64,000 bases of DNA, from positions 186,001 to 250,000 of the forward strand of contig OZ251232.1 of assembly GCA_965240325.2 (NCBI GenBank), given 5' to 3'. The notes under the pieces were generated by a model. That model was not told the origin of the DNA and ran no database searches. It saw only the letters and a list, made by a program, of their open reading frames with translations. A program made the position numbers and the translations under genes. The first letter of the stretch is position 1. The number at the start of each line of letters is the position of its first letter. Below are positions 20,961-32,436 of this stretch, one piece after another. The stretch comes from Rebecca billardiae RCC1528. Its lineage: Eukaryota > Protista > Haptophyta.

Positions 20961-23066
20961 ATGCATCCCGCACCGCGGCGGCCGTGCCTGCTGCTGTGCG
21001 CCGCGGTGGCGTGCTGCGCGATGCGCACCGCGCCACTGCCGGCAGCGTCGGGTGCGCGGAGCGCCCGCTCGCCTGCACGAGCCGCCGTGGCGCGCACCAG
21101 CGTCCGCCTCACCGCGCCGACGCAGACGTCAGGCGGCAGCAGCGGCGGCGCTAACGCCGCGAGCAGCGAGCGTGCACGAGAGGGGAGCACAGCGGGCGCG
21201 TACAAGCTGGGCATCATGCTGCTCGGCCAGGGCGCGCCCGAGTCCAGCGTCGACCTGGAGTCCTACCTGCAGAACATCTTCGAGGACCCGGAGGTGGTGA
21301 CGGTGCCCGACAGCCTGCCGTGGGCCAAGCGGCCGCTCGCGTGGGCGATCGCACGGCAGTCGGCGCGCGGGCTGAAGAAGACGACCGAAGGCCTCCTCGA
21401 CGCCGTCTCCGTCTCGGAGTCCGCCCAGCTCCAGATCGTGCGCGACCAGGCCTCCGCGCTCGAGGCGGCGCTCAGGCGACGCGAGGTGAGCGCGCAGACG
21501 TTTGTGGCGATGCGCTACTGGACGCCGTACATCGCAGACGCGGTCGAGGAGATCAAAGCGGCGGGCGTGACGCACCTGCTCATCCTGCCGCTCTTCCCGC
21601 AGTTCTCGCTCGCGACCAGTGGCTCCAGCCTGCGCGTCCTCGAGGACACGCTCGACAGCGACGTCGGCTTCTCCGCGATCAAGAACGTGGTGATCCCGTC
21701 GTGGTACAAGCAGCCTGCATACGTGAACGCGGTCGCGCAGGGCGTGGTGAGGGCGGTCGAGCGGCTGGGCGGCGGCGGCGGCGAGGGCGAGGGGCAGGGT
21801 GCGCCGGCGGGCGAGCAGGCCGCCAGCTCGCCGCGGCCGCGGCGCGGCCCGTTCGCGCGCCTCTTCGGGCGCGGCGGCGGCAGCGGCGGGTCGCGGCAGG
21901 CGCAGCGCGCGGGCCCTCGGCTGCCCACGCTGCGCAAGCCGGCGGCGAGTGCTCCGCCCACCATCCTCTTCTCCTGCGTCTCGCTGCCCGAGAAGTACGT
22001 CACCGACCTGGGCGACCCGTACATCGAGCAGATCGAGCTGACCGTCAGCCTGGTGATGGCGCGCGTGCAGGAGCTCAGCGGCAGTGCGCTGCCGCACAGC
22101 ATCGCCTACCAGGGTGCGCGCCCGTTGCGCGCGCGGCGCGCGGCTCGCGCGCGCGCGGAGGCCGCGGGGCGCGCGCGGCGGCCGCCGGGGGGTGCCCGGC
22201 CTGCTCCGCGCGCGCGCGCGTTGTCAGCCGCTCAGCGCCGTGCGCGCGCGCGCGGCGGCGGCGGCGGCGTGCGCCCGCAGGCCAGCTCGCCGAGCCGTCC
22301 GTGCCCAACCGCATCCGCTGGGTCGGCCCCAACGTCGAGGACGAGATCACGAGGCTGGGCGGTGCGGGCGTGCGCGCGCTGGTGGTGGTGCCGCTCTCCT
22401 TCCTCTTCGAGCAGAGGGGCACGCTGTACATGCAGGTGGGCGCCCGGCGCGGCGCGCGGCGCGCGGCCTCGCGGGGCGCCACGCCCGCGCCGCGCGCTCT
22501 GCACACCCCGCGCCCACCCGCCCCCCTTCCCCCTGCCTCCCCCGCTGTGCGTGCTTGCACCCTGCTCTTGCACCCTGCTCTTGCACCCTGCTCTTGCACC
22601 CTGCTTGCAGGACAAGGTGTACCGCGAGCTGGCCGCCCAGAACGGCATCAGCGAGTACGAGCGAGCGCCCACGCTCGGCGCGGACGCGGAGCTGATCGAG
22701 GCGCTCGCGGGCGCGGTCGAGGGCGCGCTGCCCTCGCTGCTCGAGACCAAGAACCCGCTGGAGAACGCGGTGGACATGGGGATCCCGATGCACCTCACGA
22801 TCGTGAACGACCTGCTACAGATCCAGCAGAAGGGGGAGGGCATGCGGCTGGTGCCGCAGGAGCAGCCGTGGGGCATCAAGGACCCCGGGCAGGCCGAGCT
22901 GGTCAACGGGCGCGTCGCGATGGCGGCCCTGGTCGTGATGGTCTCGCAGGGGCTGATCGTCGACTCCTTCTTCCCCAACCTCTGGCGGGAACTGCTCGAG
23001 GGCACGCTCGCATTCCTCTCCGCGCTCACGGCGGGCGGTGGGGACGGCCCTGGCGCGGGCGTGTAG
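20961..23066 (+). CDS. Plastid ferrochelatase-like protein (FC2/HemH type) with C-terminal CAB helix and substituted catalytic residues; exons 20961-22113, 22281-22435, 22611-23066
   Basis: Bipartite leader; AMRYWTPY, LPLFPQFSLATSGSS, IPSWY, GDPY, AYQ; CAB motif AELVNGRVAM. Two GT-AG introns give a continuous frame. Confidence 0.88.
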   Translation: MHPAPRRPCLLLCAAVACCAMRTAPLPAASGARSARSPARAAVARTSVRLTAPTQTSGGSSGGANAASSERAREGSTAGAYKLGIMLLGQGAPESSVDLESYLQNIFEDPEVVTVPDSLPWAKRPLAWAIARQSARGLKKTTEGLLDAVSVSESAQLQIVRDQASALEAALRRREVSAQTFVAMRYWTPYIADAVEEIKAAGVTHLLILPLFPQFSLATSGSSLRVLEDTLDSDVGFSAIKNVVIPSWYKQPAYVNAVAQGVVRAVERLGGGGGEGEGQGAPAGEQAASSPRPRRGPFARLFGRGGGSGGSRQAQRAGPRLPTLRKPAASAPPTILFSCVSLPEKYVTDLGDPYIEQIELTVSLVMARVQELSGSALPHSIAYQGARPLRARRAARARAEAAGRARRPPGGARPAPRARALSAAQRRARARGGGGGVRPQASSPSRPCPTASAGSAPTSRTRSRGWAVRACARWWWCRSPSSSSRGARCTCRWAPGAARGARPRGAPRPRRALCTPRAHPPPFPLPPPLCVLAPCSCTLLLHPALAPCLQDKVYRELAAQNGISEYERAPTLGADAELIEALAGAVEGALPSLLETKNPLENAVDMGIPMHLTIVNDLLQIQQKGEGMRLVPQEQPWGIKDPGQAELVNGRVAMAALVVMVSQGLIVDSFFPNLWRELLEGTLAFLSALTAGGGDGPGAGV

Positions 23067-23737
23067 CCGCGCGCGCGGCGCGACACGCGTGGGCCGATCT
23101 ATCATGGCGGCGATGGCTGGCGGACCATAGGGGCTCGGCTCGCGCTCGGCCGAACCGCATCAGGCTCGGCGTGGGCAGAATGCCAGTAGAAGGCGCCGCG
23201 GCCGTGCGCGGCCGCGGTGGCACACGTCACCGCGTGACGTGACCACTGGCCAGTCACTGGGCACCAGATCAGCAGCACGGCGTCGGCATATACTGGGTCA
23301 CACGTATAGTATAGCTAGTGAAAGCTACCAGCAAGTATTATACGACTGTCACTTATTAGTGAATTTAATAAGACTTATTTATATTACCAGCAGCACTGAC
23401 GACGCACGCTGGATGACGACACTCAGAGTCGTAGCAGTAGTACTATATATATATATACTGATGACGATGCCGCGCCACTACTCGTCTCGACACTCGTCTC
23501 AATATAATGCATGTCAGCGCATATATGTCGTCGTGACGAGGTCCCGCCCAGGCGCCCAATCACTGCCGCGTGCGACCCGCCATCATCAGACATTGATCAG
23601 TGACGGACTCAGAGACAGCGACTCGGCGACTCGCCGGCCGCATTCGACAGCAGACAAGCCCGCGCGGCGGAGTACACGCAGCGCGCAACGCGCGGGCATG
23701 GCCGCCCGCTCGCGCACCGCCCTCCGCCCTCCCGCGC

Positions 23738-26700
23738 TCAGATCTGCGCGATGGCTGCCCGGATCGCCGAGTCGATCTCGCCGTCGCCACCCGTGTACGC
23801 GGGCTGCTGCCTGCGGCCGCGGTCGGCGTTCACCGCGTCCGCCATCAGCGCCTCCTTCGCCGCGTCGGCCTCGCGGAAGATGGCGCTGACCTCGTGCGGC
23901 GCGAGCGACTGCGTGACGTTCTTGTTCATGCTCAGCTCGAGCACAAAGTCGCGCACCTGCGTGTGTGCGCGCGGCGCGCGCGCGCGCTCAGCCGTGCGGC
24001 CGGGGCGGCGAGCCGAGGGCTCGCGCGCGCGGCTGCGCGCACCTTCTCGCGCTCGTCGTCGGGGAGGTATTCCCTGTCGGGGAGCTCGAACTCGAAGGGG
24101 ATCTCCGTGTCCGCAAAGTCCGAGTTGTCCAGCCCCGTGTGGCTGTCCCCCTCCTCGATCGCCTCGGTGATGTCGAGGTAGCTGCGCACGCGGCGCGCAT
24201 CGGCGCGGCGCGGATGGGCGGATGCGCGCGGCGCGCGTGAGCGCTCGGGCGCGCGCGCGCGGCGCGGCGGTGGCGGCGGCGCGTCGCGCGGCATCGGCGC
24301 GCACCGGTTGAGGAAGACGAACGCGAAGTCGAGCTTGTTCGCCCCCTTCGCCGCCATCCCCGCCTCGTAGAACGCCTTGTCCGCGGGCATGTCAGCGACG
24401 TACTTGAGCGCGCACACGGCCAGCTTGGCCGCGGAGAGCTTCAGCCCGCGCTGGTTGGCGATGGCCTTGGCGGCGAGGATGGTGGAGACCCACATCACGC
24501 GCTCGAACTCGTCCACCACCGCCGGCGCCTCGCCCGCCGTCTTGAGCGCGCCGATCACCTTGACGAGCATCGAGCGCAGCTCCTTGAGCTCGGCGCGCGC
24601 GTCCGCCTGCGCCGCGCTCTGCGGCTGCTCGGCGAGCAGCTGCGTGTACAGCCTGCGGTACAGCGCGACGTGCGAGGGCTTGGAGACGTCGGTGCCGTAC
24701 TGGCCGAAGATCTTGGCCGCGCCGACGAAGTCGCCCGCGTTGATCAGCACCGAGCCGTGCAGCGTCGCGTACTTGAGCAGCATCGCCGGCCCCTGCGACT
24801 GCGCGACCTCGAGCGCCTTGCGCCAGTCCCCGCGCTGCGCGTACACGTCGATGCCCTCGGACGCGTTGCCCGACATCACGAGCTCGTCGCCGTCCTGCGC
24901 GCCGCGGAGGAACTCGACGTGGCGGCTCTGCACCATCTGCGCGTACTGCGGCGCCTGCGAGCGCGTCAGCGCCTTCGCCTGCTCCCACAGCCCCCCGGCC
25001 ATGTACACCTCGAGCGCCTCCGCGTAGTTGTCGATGCCTTCGTACAGCTCTGCGGCCTGCGCGTGCCGCCCGATCTCGATCAGCCGCTTGGCGACGGTGG
25101 CGACGACCTCGGAGATGCGGTCGGAGACGTGGTTCATCGCGATCTTCACCGCGTTCTCCCACACCTCCTCCAGGTAGTCGTGCGAGCTCGAGTGCGCGCT
25201 GCTCACCTTGAGGTACGCGTCGATGGCGCGCGAGAAATCGCGGCCCTCCTCGAGCGCGCGCGCGGCGGCGACGAGCGACTCGGCGCCGCCGCCGCCGCCG
25301 CCGCCGCGGCCGCCGTCGGCGGCGGCGCCGGCGGCGGGCGCGGGGACGCTCACGCCGTTCTGGAAGTTGGTGTACTCCGTGTTGATCTCGCCCAGCTTGT
25401 GCGGCAGGAACTCCTTCGTCAGCCGGATCGCGTCCTGCCAGCGCCCCGCCTCCTTGAAGGCCTTGACCGCCGCCTCGGGCTTCTTGGCGCGCACGTACAG
25501 CGCCTCGGCGCGCGTGAAGTCGCCGCGCTCGATGGCGAGCTTGGCCTGCGCGACGAGGATGTCGCCGACGGAGGACGGGTCGTTCGCCTCCGCCACGCGC
25601 ATCGCCGCCTGCCAGTCCTGCTGGTGGATGTACATGTCGATCGCCTCCTTGGGCTTGTCCGCCTTGACAAACTCCGCCTCCGCCTCGGCAAACCGCCCCT
25701 CGTCCTCGAGGAACATGGCGTACTTGAGGTGCACCTCGGGCAGCTTCTCCTTCTTCGAGGCGCGCGCGAGCGAGAACGCGTGGTCGAACGCGCCCGACTC
25801 CGTCGCGTAGTCGATCGCCTGCTCGATCAGCCCGAACTTGGTGAGCAGCTTGGCGCCCGCCTCGCCGCCGAGCGAGACCGCCCACGCGTACGCGACCTGC
25901 TTCGACGCGGCCAGCCCGCCGTGCTCCTTCGCCACGCGGATCGCGTCGTCCCACAGGTCGTTCGCGCGGTACATGTTGATCGCCGACTTCCAGTCCGACG
26001 CGTGCACGTAGTGCTTCTCCGCCTGCGCCGAGCGCGCGCGCGCGTTCGCGCACACGTGGCGCGTGGGCGCGCAGGGCGAGCGCGCAAGGGACGGCGCGCG
26101 CGCGCGCGCGCGCGCGCGCCGCGCGCCCCACCGCGCCCCGCCCCGCCGCGCCCCGCCCCGCCGCGCCCCGCCCGCCCGCGCCCGCCCCCTCCGCGCGCGC
26201 ACCTGCTTGAAGTTGCCCTCCGTCTCGAGCTGCTGCGCGAGGTGCAGGTGCGTCTCGCCGAGCAGCTCCTTCCTGAACGCGGAGACGAGCCGGATCATGT
26301 CGTCGTACTTGTGCGCCTTCTTGTACATGTTGATCGCCAGGTCGGGCTCCTGCACGTAGAGGTAGAGCTTCTCGGCCTCCTTGTGCTTCCCGCCCGCCTC
26401 GAGCTCGTGCGCCGCCTTCATGTACAGCATCGCCACCTCCGACTGCTGCATGTGCTCGCTCGCCACCTTGCTCGCGCGCTCGAGCCGGCCGGCGGTGAGG
26501 TGCATCTTGACGGCGTCGTGCGGCGCGTGCCCGCGCAGGTAGTACGTCTCGGCCTCCTCGTACGCGTGCGTGGTCTCGTAGTGCTTGGCGATGCGCGCGT
26601 AGTACGGCGCCGCCTGCGCGTCCTCGAGCGTCGTCACCACCTGCACCGCCTTCGCCCACTGCCGCGAGGAGATGGCCGCCTCGACCGCCTTCACGTATGC

Positions 26701-29700
26701 GCCCGCCTCCACGTAGTGGTTGACCGCCGCGTCCGTCTGCTTGCTGCCCACCAGGTAGTCGCCCCACGCCTGCTCGAGCTCGACGACGCCGCGGCCCTGG
26801 TACACGCGGCGGCACAGCTCCACCGCGGCCGAGAAGATGTTCCCCTTCTTGTAGCAGTCGAGCGCGCGCTCGTGCTCGCCCAGCCGCTCGTAGAAGCCGC
26901 CCGCCTTCTCGAACATGCCCGACTGGAAGAGCGCCTGCGCGGTCGTCTCGAGCACCTGCTTCGAGACCTCGCCCTGCTCGGCGAGCTGGAGCACGAGGCG
27001 GGCGGCCTTGGCGGGCAGCTTGCCCGAGATGTACAGGTTGATCGCGCCCGCGTAGTCGTGCTCGCGCTCCTTGTGCTGCGCGGCCACCTCCTCCTGGTGC
27101 GTGTCGAGCAGCCAGTTGTAGTAGTTCTCCTTGAGCTGCGCGACCGCCGGGTGGTGGTTCGCCTCGCCCACGGCGATCGACTCGTCGTACTTGTGCAGCT
27201 CGTTCCACATCTGCGCCCGCGCGCCCGCGCGCAGGCCGCCGCCGCGGGGAGGGGAGGCGCGCGGCGCGTCGAGCGGCGGCGGCGGCGCGGCGCTCGGCGA
27301 GGGCGCGCGCCGCGCGCACCTCCATCGCCTCCTCGACCTGGCCGTGCTGCAGCAGCAGCAGCTCGGCCTTCTTGAACTGCTTGTTCAGCACGGCGAGCTT
27401 CGCCTGCACGCGGAAGTGCGTGAGCGCCACCTGCCCCGTCTCCGCCTCGATCTCCGCCATCATGTTGACAATCTTGTGCAGGTAGCGCGCCTTGGCCGCG
27501 TCGCCGACCGCCGCGTAGCACCGCTCGGCGACCTGCAGCTCCTCGGCGGCGAGCGCGGCCTCGGAGAGCTGGCCCCACATCGCCTGCGTCTCGGGCGTCA
27601 TCTCGAGCCGCTCCAGCGTCTCCGCCGCGATCTCGAGCTCGCCCGAGTCGAGCGCCGCGCCGAAGGCGATCAGCGCCTCGTCGAGCGCGTACGACACGGT
27701 GTTGATGCCCTCGTCCACGATCACCTCCGTCTTGCCGTCGGCGCGCTCGATCTCCTCGACGTCGCCCTTGATCGGCACGACGGTGACCTTGTCGGGCGAG
27801 TTGATGTGGTACCACACGCACAGCGAGCCGCGGTTCTGCGCCACCACCACGTCCGCGTTCGGCACCCAGTTGACGTACGACGCGTACGAGAGCAGCGTGC
27901 TGCGCGACTGCCGCTCGATGTCGTACAGGTGCAGCTGCCGCCGCTTGTCGCGGAAGAGGAGCTTGGTGGCGTTGAGCGAGAGGTCGAGCCAGTCGATGCG
28001 CGCGTCGTGCGAGATCGTCGCCGCGCTGATCCCCGAGTCGAGGTCGAGCACGCGGATCGTCTGCAGGTCGATCAGGTAGGCGATCTTCTTGATCTCCTCG
28101 CCGTGCGCCTCCACGCCCTGCGCGGCCGCCTGCGCGACCGCGCCGCGGTGCAGCGGCATCGTCTTGATCTTGACCGAGAGCTGGTGCGGGTTCATGTGGT
28201 CCGTGCGGCACGAGCCGAGCACCTCGTTCCGCCCGTACTCCACCAGCGTGAGCTCGCCCAGGTTGCACACGACGCACACGCGCTCGTTGTCGAAGTGGAA
28301 CTTCTCCTGGCCGGACGACTGCCACGGCACCTCGGAGAGCTTGCACGTGTCGAGGTCGCCCATCAGCAGCGTCTCGGGCGTGTGCGCGATCAGGAAGCGG
28401 TCCTCGTAGATGTTGATCTTCGTCACCTCGTACCCGAAGTGCGACTTGAGCACGATGCGCGCACCGGTCGAGAGCCGCTTCACGATCACGGTCGAGATGG
28501 ACACGTACGTGAACTCAAACTTGCCGCGGTAGCGGTAGCGGTGGATGCACGCGTCGTACAGCTCGACGCCGCCGCAGAGCGAGCCGACGCACAGCCGCGA
28601 GCCGTCCGCCTTCCACCCGAGCGCCGTCACCGTGTACATGTTGTCCACCTGCTTGACGGACACCTGCTCCCACGCGGACGCGCGCGCGTTGTGGCTGAAC
28701 GTGTAGAAGCGGTTGAACGAGCCGACGACGACGGCCTCCCCCGACGGGTTGAACGCCGCGACGGTGAACTCCTTCTCCGCCTCGTCCGTCGAGTAGTCGA
28801 AGTGCTGCGCGCGCCGGTGCGGGCCACGGCACGCGCGCGCGGCGGGCGCGCATGCGCGGGCGTGCGCGCTCGGTCAGCGACTCGGCCCGCGCGGCACCGC
28901 ACATGCCGCCGCAGCGCCCGCGCCCGCGCGCGCGCCGGGCCCACGCACACGCAGGCACGCGCGGGCACGCGCGCGCGCGCGCGCCCGGGAGAGCGAGGGG
29001 CGGGCGCGTGGCGGGCGCGCGGCCGCTCGCACCTGCAGCACCACGCCCTCCGTGTCGTAGAAGACGACCTTCAGGTCGTTGCCCGCGCAGCAGATGGCCT
29101 CGCCCCACGCGAGGGCGTACGGCACAGAGGTGTGCTGGCACACCAGCGAGTGCATCGCGCCGCGCCCGTTCTCGTCGAAGATGAAGCGGTAGACCGTGCC
29201 GTCCAGGTGGCCCGACAGCACGCCGTTGCCGTCCATCTTCGCGCAGCAGCTCACGACGTACGAGTCGGTGGCGTAGAGCGTGAGCGGCTTGTTCGAGCGG
29301 AGCTGGCCGATCTTCACCTTGCCCTCCGCCAGGCCGAACACCACCTCGTGCGGGTGCTCGCTCGGCCAGCACATGCACGTGATCGACGACTGCTGGTGGA
29401 ATTTGTTGCAGATCGACTTCTTGTCGCCCCACTCGAGGCCGAGCTTGTAGACGAAGACGATGTTGTCCGACTGCGCGACGGCGAGCTTGGCAGAGTCGGG
29501 CGACCACGCCATCCCGCGCACCATGTAGTTCTTCGCCCCCTTCGCATCCGCTGGCTTTGTCGAGAACTTGTCGCGCCGCTCGCCGTTCTCGTCAAACAGG
29601 TGCACGACGCGGTCGGTCGTCACCACGGCGATGCGCCGGTTATTGGGCGACCAGCAGATCGACGTGACCTTGGCGATCCCATCCTGCGGCGGGTGGATCG

Positions 29701-29722
29701 TCTTCAGGTGTCGCAGCTGCAT
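23738..29722 (-). CDS. IFT172: Intraflagellar transport protein 172; exons 29722-29033, 28804-27320, 27210-26203, 26022-24305, 24181-24043, 23956-23738
   Basis: MQLRHLKTI...RRDKFSTKPAD; WGDKKSICNKF; WD40 then TPR-like repeats; PADKAFYEAG...AFVFLNRYLDI. Five GT-AG introns splice in frame. Confidence 0.97.
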
Positions 29723-30270
29723 GCCACCCCGCCACGCCTGAGCCGGGCTGTGTCGTCCGCGAGGGCTGCCTGCTGACAACCGCCACCAAGCCGCAGCCGG
29801 AGCGGACTAGCGGAGCGGCCCTTGAATGAGCGATGGCGGGCGGGCGCGGCTGGCGCGTTGGACTTTTTTTCTTATTTTCCGCACCAAAATCGCCTGCGGG
29901 ACGGAACGTCAACGTCTGTTTGACTTTTGAGTTTGAAGCTGCGTGACCGTACTTGTAGCCGTGACCTGTTGCCGAGTCATGTCACTCACGGCGGCAGCGT
30001 GGCACGGCTGACTCTGGGTCACACTGATGATGCAGCGGGCTTAGAACAGGGCTGGCCAGGTCACTTCTGGCGGCACTGGCTGTTGGACCGCGTCGCCGCC
30101 GCCGGGCTCCGAATCGGAGTCCGGCCGCGCGGGTCACGCGGGACGGGGCACGGGCGGCGCTCGGTGCCGTGCCTGCGGCTCGGCAGCCCGCTCGGTGCCC
30201 GGCCGGTCTTGCCGGTGTGCGGGTCGCGGGAGGCAGGGCGGGGGGGGATCCCATCGGTGCAGGCGAATCT

Positions 30271-30705
30271 CTAGGCTCGCCTTGCCCCCCTTTTGCTGGC
30301 CGCTGCGATGAGCCAGCCCGCTGCCCTCTGCTCGGGCGGTGAGAGCAGATGCCGCATGGTCGGGTTCTCCGAGGCATGCACGAGCCAATCCGCATCAGCG
30401 GATCGGGACTCGTGCGAGGTGAGGTATCCGCGCTCGGCGCAGAAGATGAGTTGAGCCGCTGTGTCATTGGCAGGGCTCGTGCCCGTGGTCGAAGGCCTGC
30501 GCAGCGCCTTTGCCATGACGGCGTCCACATCGGCTTCGTGCAGCTTGCGCGTGTGCTCGTCGTAGCACGTGGAGCATGCATACTTCGCCGCGAAGAAGCC
30601 CGCCTTCTCGATGTGCGCGCAGCTCCGGCACACGCCGGCCTGGCAGTCATCGCAGCGGAAGCTCGAGCTCATGCCACAATGGCACCGCTGATGGGCGCGG
30701 GTCAT
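30271..30705 (-). CDS. Small Cys/His-rich putative zinc-binding protein (may be a fragment)
   Basis: CHC...CDDC...CRSC...CSTC pattern with host-like codons; family unassigned. Confidence 0.35.
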   Translation of the reverse strand: MTRAHQRCHCGMSSSFRCDDCQAGVCRSCAHIEKAGFFAAKYACSTCYDEHTRKLHEADVDAVMAKALRRPSTTGTSPANDTAAQLIFCAERGYLTSHESRSADADWLVHASENPTMRHLLSPPEQRAAGWLIAAASKRGARRA

Positions 30706-32436
30706 CGCGCCGCGCCGGCGACAACGTCTAGGTCGGTCTTCGCGAGCTGACCGAAAATTGCCGACGCCGACGACGGCGGCGGCCGCTGGTTTGTGACGCG
30801 AGCTCGGCTCTCGGCCATGTTGGACAACCAGAAGAACTTTCGCCGACGAAACGCTCCTGAGAATACAACGGAGATCCTATTGACAGCACTGCGAGATCTC
30901 GATTCGCTTTTTCGCGAGCAAGCTTTGCTGCGGTTCTGCCGTCGTGCCTTCGGGAGGAATCAAAGTCAAACTACTAACTAGGGCACACGGGGACGACTAC
31001 TCATCACCGCCGGATCACCCGCCAGGGCCCAGCGGCTGAGACGGCCGTCTGACATCCGGACCTGCACCCTCGCCCTCGCTCGGGGCACAGCAGGTCCATG
31101 CGAGCCGCGCAGCGCAGGTGGATCGCGCTCCAGCAGCTCAAGGCCGCGCTCAAGCCATTCGATCGCGGTTCAGGCTATGCTCTGCCACCAGCGCCGACTT
31201 CGTGTCGACGATCGGGCACTGCCGACGACGAATCAGGAGACCTGCGCCGTCCTACCTGTGTCGTTAAATCATAGAATGAGTCCGATCGGCACGACTCACG
31301 TGATCACTGACACTATGGTACGTCTGTGAGTCACGAGCCCACGACGCGGTGCCCGCGAAAATGGATGGCTCCGCCGAGGTCACGGGTGTGCTGAAGACCA
31401 CTCAGGACTGCACCGGCACCGGCTGAAGTGCGCTCGTGCATGCGCACAGCGCCCGCACGTTGGGGACGTTCAGCTTCGGCTCCTACCGGGAAGGAGGCAT
31501 ATTTATCCGGGACCGCGGGACCGGGGACGGCAGAGCCAGAGTGCTGCATCGTGTACACTGCAACTGGAAACGCCCGAATCGCATGTAGTCGGTCGTTCCA
31601 TGCGCACAGCGCCGCTCTGAACCGGCCTGTCGCAATGGTCATAACGCTCGCTCTACTGACCGTGATGCAGCGTATACCTTGTAGCTAGACGGCGTCGGGC
31701 CCGATCAGTCACAGTGCGTCATGCGGGTACCACGCTGCCACTGGTACTGCAATCCACGAGACTCCATCGGCGGCCGTACGGCACGCGCACCGAGCCAGCG
31801 GAGCCACCGACCACCTCCGTGTCGAATGCGTCAGAATGCCCGGCGAGTCCACACGCGACTCACACATGTTGCCACCATACAGATGGCGGCCGTCGGGCAC
31901 TCCATCTCCACTCGTCAAGTGCGACGCGCTGCGCGGCTCGCATTGTTGGTTGGGACCTGATGCTCGCGCAGGCCGAGCCTGGTGCGACGCTCGACTTGGC
32001 GGCGGCGCGGCGCGCGCGTATCGCACCGCTGCGCCTCACAGCTGAATCACAGGATGGGTTAGCGGGGGTTGGGTCACACGCGGCGGCGATCAGCCGTCGG
32101 AACGGATGCCGGCGTAGCGTTGCGCGTTGGGCAGCTGGGCGGAGGGCGCGCGCGCTGCTATGGGTGCGCGACTGGGATCCCGGCGGTCCGTTGCGACTGC
32201 CGCCACCCCCGGCTCTGGCGGCGCGCCCCACGTGCCTTCACACGCGGCACGGTCTGCGGCGCGACGCGATGCGCGGCATTGCAAAAGTGAGCGCTCATTG
32301 CTCATACAATATGCGGGTACTGTCGCCTGCCTGAGCTGTGTGCGTCTCTTATTCTTAGTAAACTGCATCAAGTACGCGGTGGCCCATGATCAACGAAGGT
32401 TCAAGTTTAGTCATCACACAGCAGCTACCCCTATTA

